64,000 nt of DNA from the human T2T-CHM13v2.0 reference genome, Homo sapiens. The notes under the pieces are model-generated. The model saw only the letters and a program-made list of their open reading frames with translations. It was not told where the DNA came from and ran no database searches. Numbering within the stretch: the first letter of the stretch is position 1; every line of letters starts with the position of its first letter. Shown in pieces: positions 58,985 to 64,000 of this stretch. The DNA is taken from the NCBI RefSeq assembly GCF_009914755.1, contig NC_060930.1; one strand, 5' to 3'. The position numbers and the translations under genes were made by a program.

Positions 58985-59208
58985 ATAGGTTGGCAATTTT
59001 TTTTTCTATAAAGGGCCAAAGAATAAATATTTTAGGTTTTGTTGGCTAGACAGTGTCTGTCTCAGCCACTCAACTCTGCTATTGTAGTACAAACACTGTC
59101 ATAGATAATATGTCAATAAGTGAGTGTGGATGTGTTTGAATAAAACTTTATTTACAAAAACAGGCAGTAGGCCAGATTTGGCCCACTGGCAGTAGTTTGC
59201 CAATCCCT
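58985..59208 (+). mobile_element. MER58A-like hAT element
   Basis: GGTTGGCAA ... TTGCCAATCCC inverted ends; internal cagccactcaactctgctattgtag and aataaaactttatttacaaaaacaggcag. Confidence 0.85.
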
Positions 59209-61205
59209 AAATTATACACGAAAAGTTCTTGTTTTCTAGAACTGGACTGCAGGTAAGGGAAAACACGATCATGGATAAGTAAACAAGACATTTTGGATAG
59301 TAATACATGTGAGAAGGGAAGTCAAACAGGTAATACATTAGATGATGAACTGAAAATGAGGGCTATACTTCTTTGATGTTCACAGGGAGGACCTCTCTGA
59401 GGAATAAGAAGGAAGTGGCCATGTAAAGATCTGGGAAGAACAGGCTCCAAGCTGAAATTATAGTAATGACTTGTAAAATAATATCCAGAGCTGGCCTGTC
59501 CAAAGAGCTCTCCCTCTGCTCAAATCAGGAAGCTGAGGCACAATAAGGACACTGAGATGCACTGTGAGGAGTAAGATGTGGGGAAATGCAGTTGCCAATG
59601 GTTTGCCTTCAGCTTAGGAAGCACAGTTAGCTCTGGTGGCTGAGCCGGCATCCCTTTGATAGCTGGAGTCAGGCACTGCCAGGTGAAGAGGGCAAGTCTT
59701 GGGGTCAACAGCAGGTGTCAGCTGTGGCCATAGCTCAGCTCCTTCATTGCCTGGGGTATCTCAGGGATTCTGCAATGCAGCCCCATGGTGCAGAAGCATT
59801 CATCCACTAGCCTGAGTATAGTTTCACATCACAGAGGCAAAGAGCAACAGCCTCCTCCCAAAGTTGTTCCCCCGCTACAATCCCAAGAGCCTCATCTTTC
59901 TTTCACAGCCCACCCACATGTGAAAGGGCACATGACCCAACGGGGACAAGTGCTTGTCAATTATGTCTCTACTGGAATCTCTAACTACTTTTCTGTCCTG
60001 GTAAGATGGGTTAGATAAGTGGAAAGGAATTTTAGGTCCTTTTATTTCTCTCTTCCTTAAAAATTTGAGCCTAAGAAGCCTGCTCCCTTCCTCTTCTCTG
60101 ATCCCACCAGACTTTGCTGAGTCCTTCAAGTAAAGCCTTCTCCTAAGCAGAAGACACCTCTACCTCTACCTCTACCTCCCCATGGCTCACCACCCCTTTG
60201 CTAAGAGAGGAAAGAATACAAGACAGAGGGGAAGAGAGAATTGGAACTGACATCTAAAGTACCAGATGCTGTGTATTCCTCAAATATTATTTCACTTAAT
60301 CTTAGCAATCTCCTTACAAGATAAGTAGCATTTCCATTTTTTCAGGTTAAGAAACAGGCTTAGCAAGGTTTAATAATTTGTGCAAAGTTACATAACTATT
60401 AAGTACAGAACTAAAATTTGACCTGAGTTCTTATCGAATTCTAGGCTCTTTCAACTCTGAAAAATACTGACTGTGCTAAATATATATGTATATAATTCTA
60501 AGAGCCCTTTAAAAACTATGGGGATCAATGAACTTGGGCGTTTTCCCAAAGGTGGAATAATTGGGAAGAATAGTATCTCTTACGTTACACACACAGACAC
60601 AAGTGCACAACCATATGCACACACCACAAACACATTATGTAATAAAAAATTTCAAAATGTATCTGCTGCTACTTGAATGTTGTTGTGTTCTCCAACAGTC
60701 TCATGAATATATATGTCTGCAACTTTCCACTTGATTTTGGATTTCTTGTTTATGAGCCTAGATAAAAGAGTAGGTAACCCATTAAATTCTCATTAGATAA
60801 ATGAGTAACAAAATTTTAATCAGTTTGCAAATACAAAAAAGAAGATAGATTTCAAATAATGGCTCTTTTTCTGTGTAAGTAAGACTATTAAATTTGTTCC
60901 TAGCAAGTAGAAAGTACATTTTAATTGGGCTATGTAATTTAGTTTTATTGGTTTATTTGATTTAAAGGAAAATATTTCATGCCTGTGACAAAGACAGATA
61001 AAACTTCTATTTAAAAGACAATTTGTAGCCCCACTAACCTTAGGATGTGTCATAAAAGCCTGTAAATGATTGAGAAACTTCTCAGCTAGCATTTTTCCAT
61101 TAGGAAGGCGTCAAGTGTGTTGAAGAACAGGCTCAAGGTCATATGTCTGGGTTTGATCCTTGGCTCCTTCATTCTCTAGCTATGCAATCTCCGGTAAAGT
61201 ACTTA

Positions 61206-61620
<415 letters not shown>

Positions 61621-63410
61621 TTAACTGAGATGGTGCTGTAGAATCACATAGAAGAAAGCCATAGAATGATGCTGGGCCCCTAGTGATCCCTCAGTAAATG
61701 TTTGCCATTTTTGCTTACAAGACATTTTCTAGGGGAACATTGAAAAGAAGATTGTTAGGACGCATGCATGGAAAGCAGTATTGTGACTGAAGTGTTCTGA
61801 TGTGCTCGTGGGCTGTATGAATTCTTATACATGGTGAACTCTGTAAAAGTCAACAAATTCATTTGAATTAGGAGTGTTCTGGATGCATATCTATGAATGT
61901 TTCTAGGAAAATGTACCACAAGACATTGGAACTACAGCCACGGCACTGCCATTTTCTATAAGAACTAAAGTTGTGTGGAAAGTGCTAGACTACTTTGAAT
62001 AGTGGTTAAAAGTTGTTTCTGCTGCCAAAGGCAAGTAGAAAATACACTGTGATCAGAAATGTCTAGAAGATTGTAGAAGGACTCTTAGCTTTGGAAAGGA
62101 ACAAGTAACGTTATTTCAACATGACACTTTTATATTTCATCTTCAGATCTAATTCATAGTTTTCAAAACTCCCACTTTTTTCAGGGTGCCATGTGTTTCC
62201 AAGTATAAACAAGGGAAGGAAAGTGTGCTCTCTCACAGCTTCCATGTGTTGACACTCTCAATTCAGACTTACACTGGACTCAAAGAGTGGAATTGATATT
62301 CCACTTAGGTTGGAGGTCACTGGCACCTGCCAGGACAAACACTGCTATTGCACTGTGTCTTTTGAAATCTAATAAAGGAAAACTCTCTGAGTGCACATTG
62401 GTGGCCGCAACACAATAAGTGAGGCCCCCCAATAAGCTTAAGCTTCTTCTCAACCTTCCTTTGGAGCAGAACCATGTATTGGCCTCAGGGAGTGTAATGA
62501 AACTCTTGAAATGTATGTAAAACTCTACATAACAGGGTAGGGCAAGAATTCTATGAGATGCCAACTGAGGTAGCTACTTAAAATTTATTCTAGCCTCTTC
62601 CATATCTTAGAGGTGGTGCTCAAATGTTGTACTGCAACATTTTTTTTTCTATTTTGTGGCAAATCATGCGTGTGTCTTCCCTCAGTTACACGAACATAGG
62701 AGAAGGTAGGAGGATGGGAAAGGTGCAATAGAAATTTCAATAACTCTGAAATCTGTCACTTACTGAGATTTTGTTCATGCAAAGCCAGTTGCAGGGAAGC
62801 ATAGATCAATCTGCAAATTGAGTTAGCTGCCCACTTAACAGCCATTCCCCCAGTTGCAAGTATCAGAAGCAATTCAAGCAGTAAATAGAGAAAGTTTATT
62901 TAAAAGATGTTCAGAAGTTCATAGAACAATTGGGAATCCTGGAGAACAAAGATCAAGGCTAAGCCTCCAGAAAATATACTAAAAATCAAGACATACAAAC
63001 ATATGAAAAATATAAATATATGTACCTTGTTTTATAGATTTAACTTTAAAACAGTGTAAATATGTTACATAATTATAAACAGTAAAAATTTTGAAAGCCA
63101 TCTCTAAAAACTGAAAGCAAAATGAAACAAAGGAACACAATAGTATATCAAGTTGGAAGTGTAACCACACAAAAGAGGAATTATTTCAAATAGCTTAAAA
63201 TCACATTAACTTGACTATACATGACTAGTGGGTACACCCTAAAGACCAAGAAAAACTGATTATAAGCTGTTTTCGGTAATCATGCCTTGGCACTTGTATT
63301 GGTATTTTTTTTTTTTTGAGAATGTTGCATGTGTACTAAATGGGTAATTATGTTGATGCTGGAAAACGGTATTTTAGTTGTGGGAAAGAGCATATACAAA
63401 TGCACAGTTT

Positions 63411-63680
<270 letters not shown>

Positions 63681-64000
63681 AATTGAAAAGGTAAATGTGA
63701 GTTGGAAATAACATTATGAACATATGATTTATTTTCAATATATATTACTTTAACTACTAAAAAGGCCTAGAAACAATGAGCACTCCTAGAACCCAGATTA
63801 TTATTTCTAAATACTATTTCCAAAGGAACCAACTCTCCTTGGAGAAATGACTGATTTCCTGTCTAGAGCAAGAAGTGAATAAAATGAACCTGAGACATCC
63901 TGCACATTAGAAATAAAAGGAGCTATTAAAGATTATTGTTGTCATGTCAAAGGAGTCAGGAATCATCATGAAAATGTTCCTGGCTGGGTGTGGTGGCTCA

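Overview
Primate (most likely human) genomic DNA: AT-rich and dense in Alu elements. Nearly all entries in the supplied ORF track are Alu-derived or chance ORFs. The one real gene is SAMD3 (sterile alpha motif domain-containing 3) on the minus strand. I traced five GT-AG coding exons (32067-31989, 31320-31131, 26409-26296, 1415-1230, 979-895) that splice into an open 218-codon N-terminal frame (METWSVEQVCSWLVEKNLGELVHRFQEEEV...DEDGCGF); the rest of the gene lies left of the window. There are also two candidate 5' UTR exons (39607-39488, 33410-33365), a candidate alternative first exon adding 24 aa, and a candidate Alu-derived terminal exon. A 5.9 kb HERV-H provirus (LTR7, tRNA-His PBS, ACAGG target-site duplication) lies antisense in the 25 kb intron, nested inside an older AluJ. 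The window also holds several solo LTRs (MER4, MER61, LTR1-like, MER66-like, MaLR), DNA transposon relics (MER1A, Tigger2a, MER3, MER58A, MER5A), LINE fragments and about 28 Alus. I found no prokaryote-type system and cannot support a wholly new system. The best leads concern SAMD3 isoform control, a T-box/ETS/RUNX motif cluster, a possible divergent spliced transcript and a possible transposon ancestry of SAMD3. Repeat family names come from remembered consensus sequences and need RepeatMasker/Dfam confirmation. Repeat boundaries without a stated TSD are approximate.
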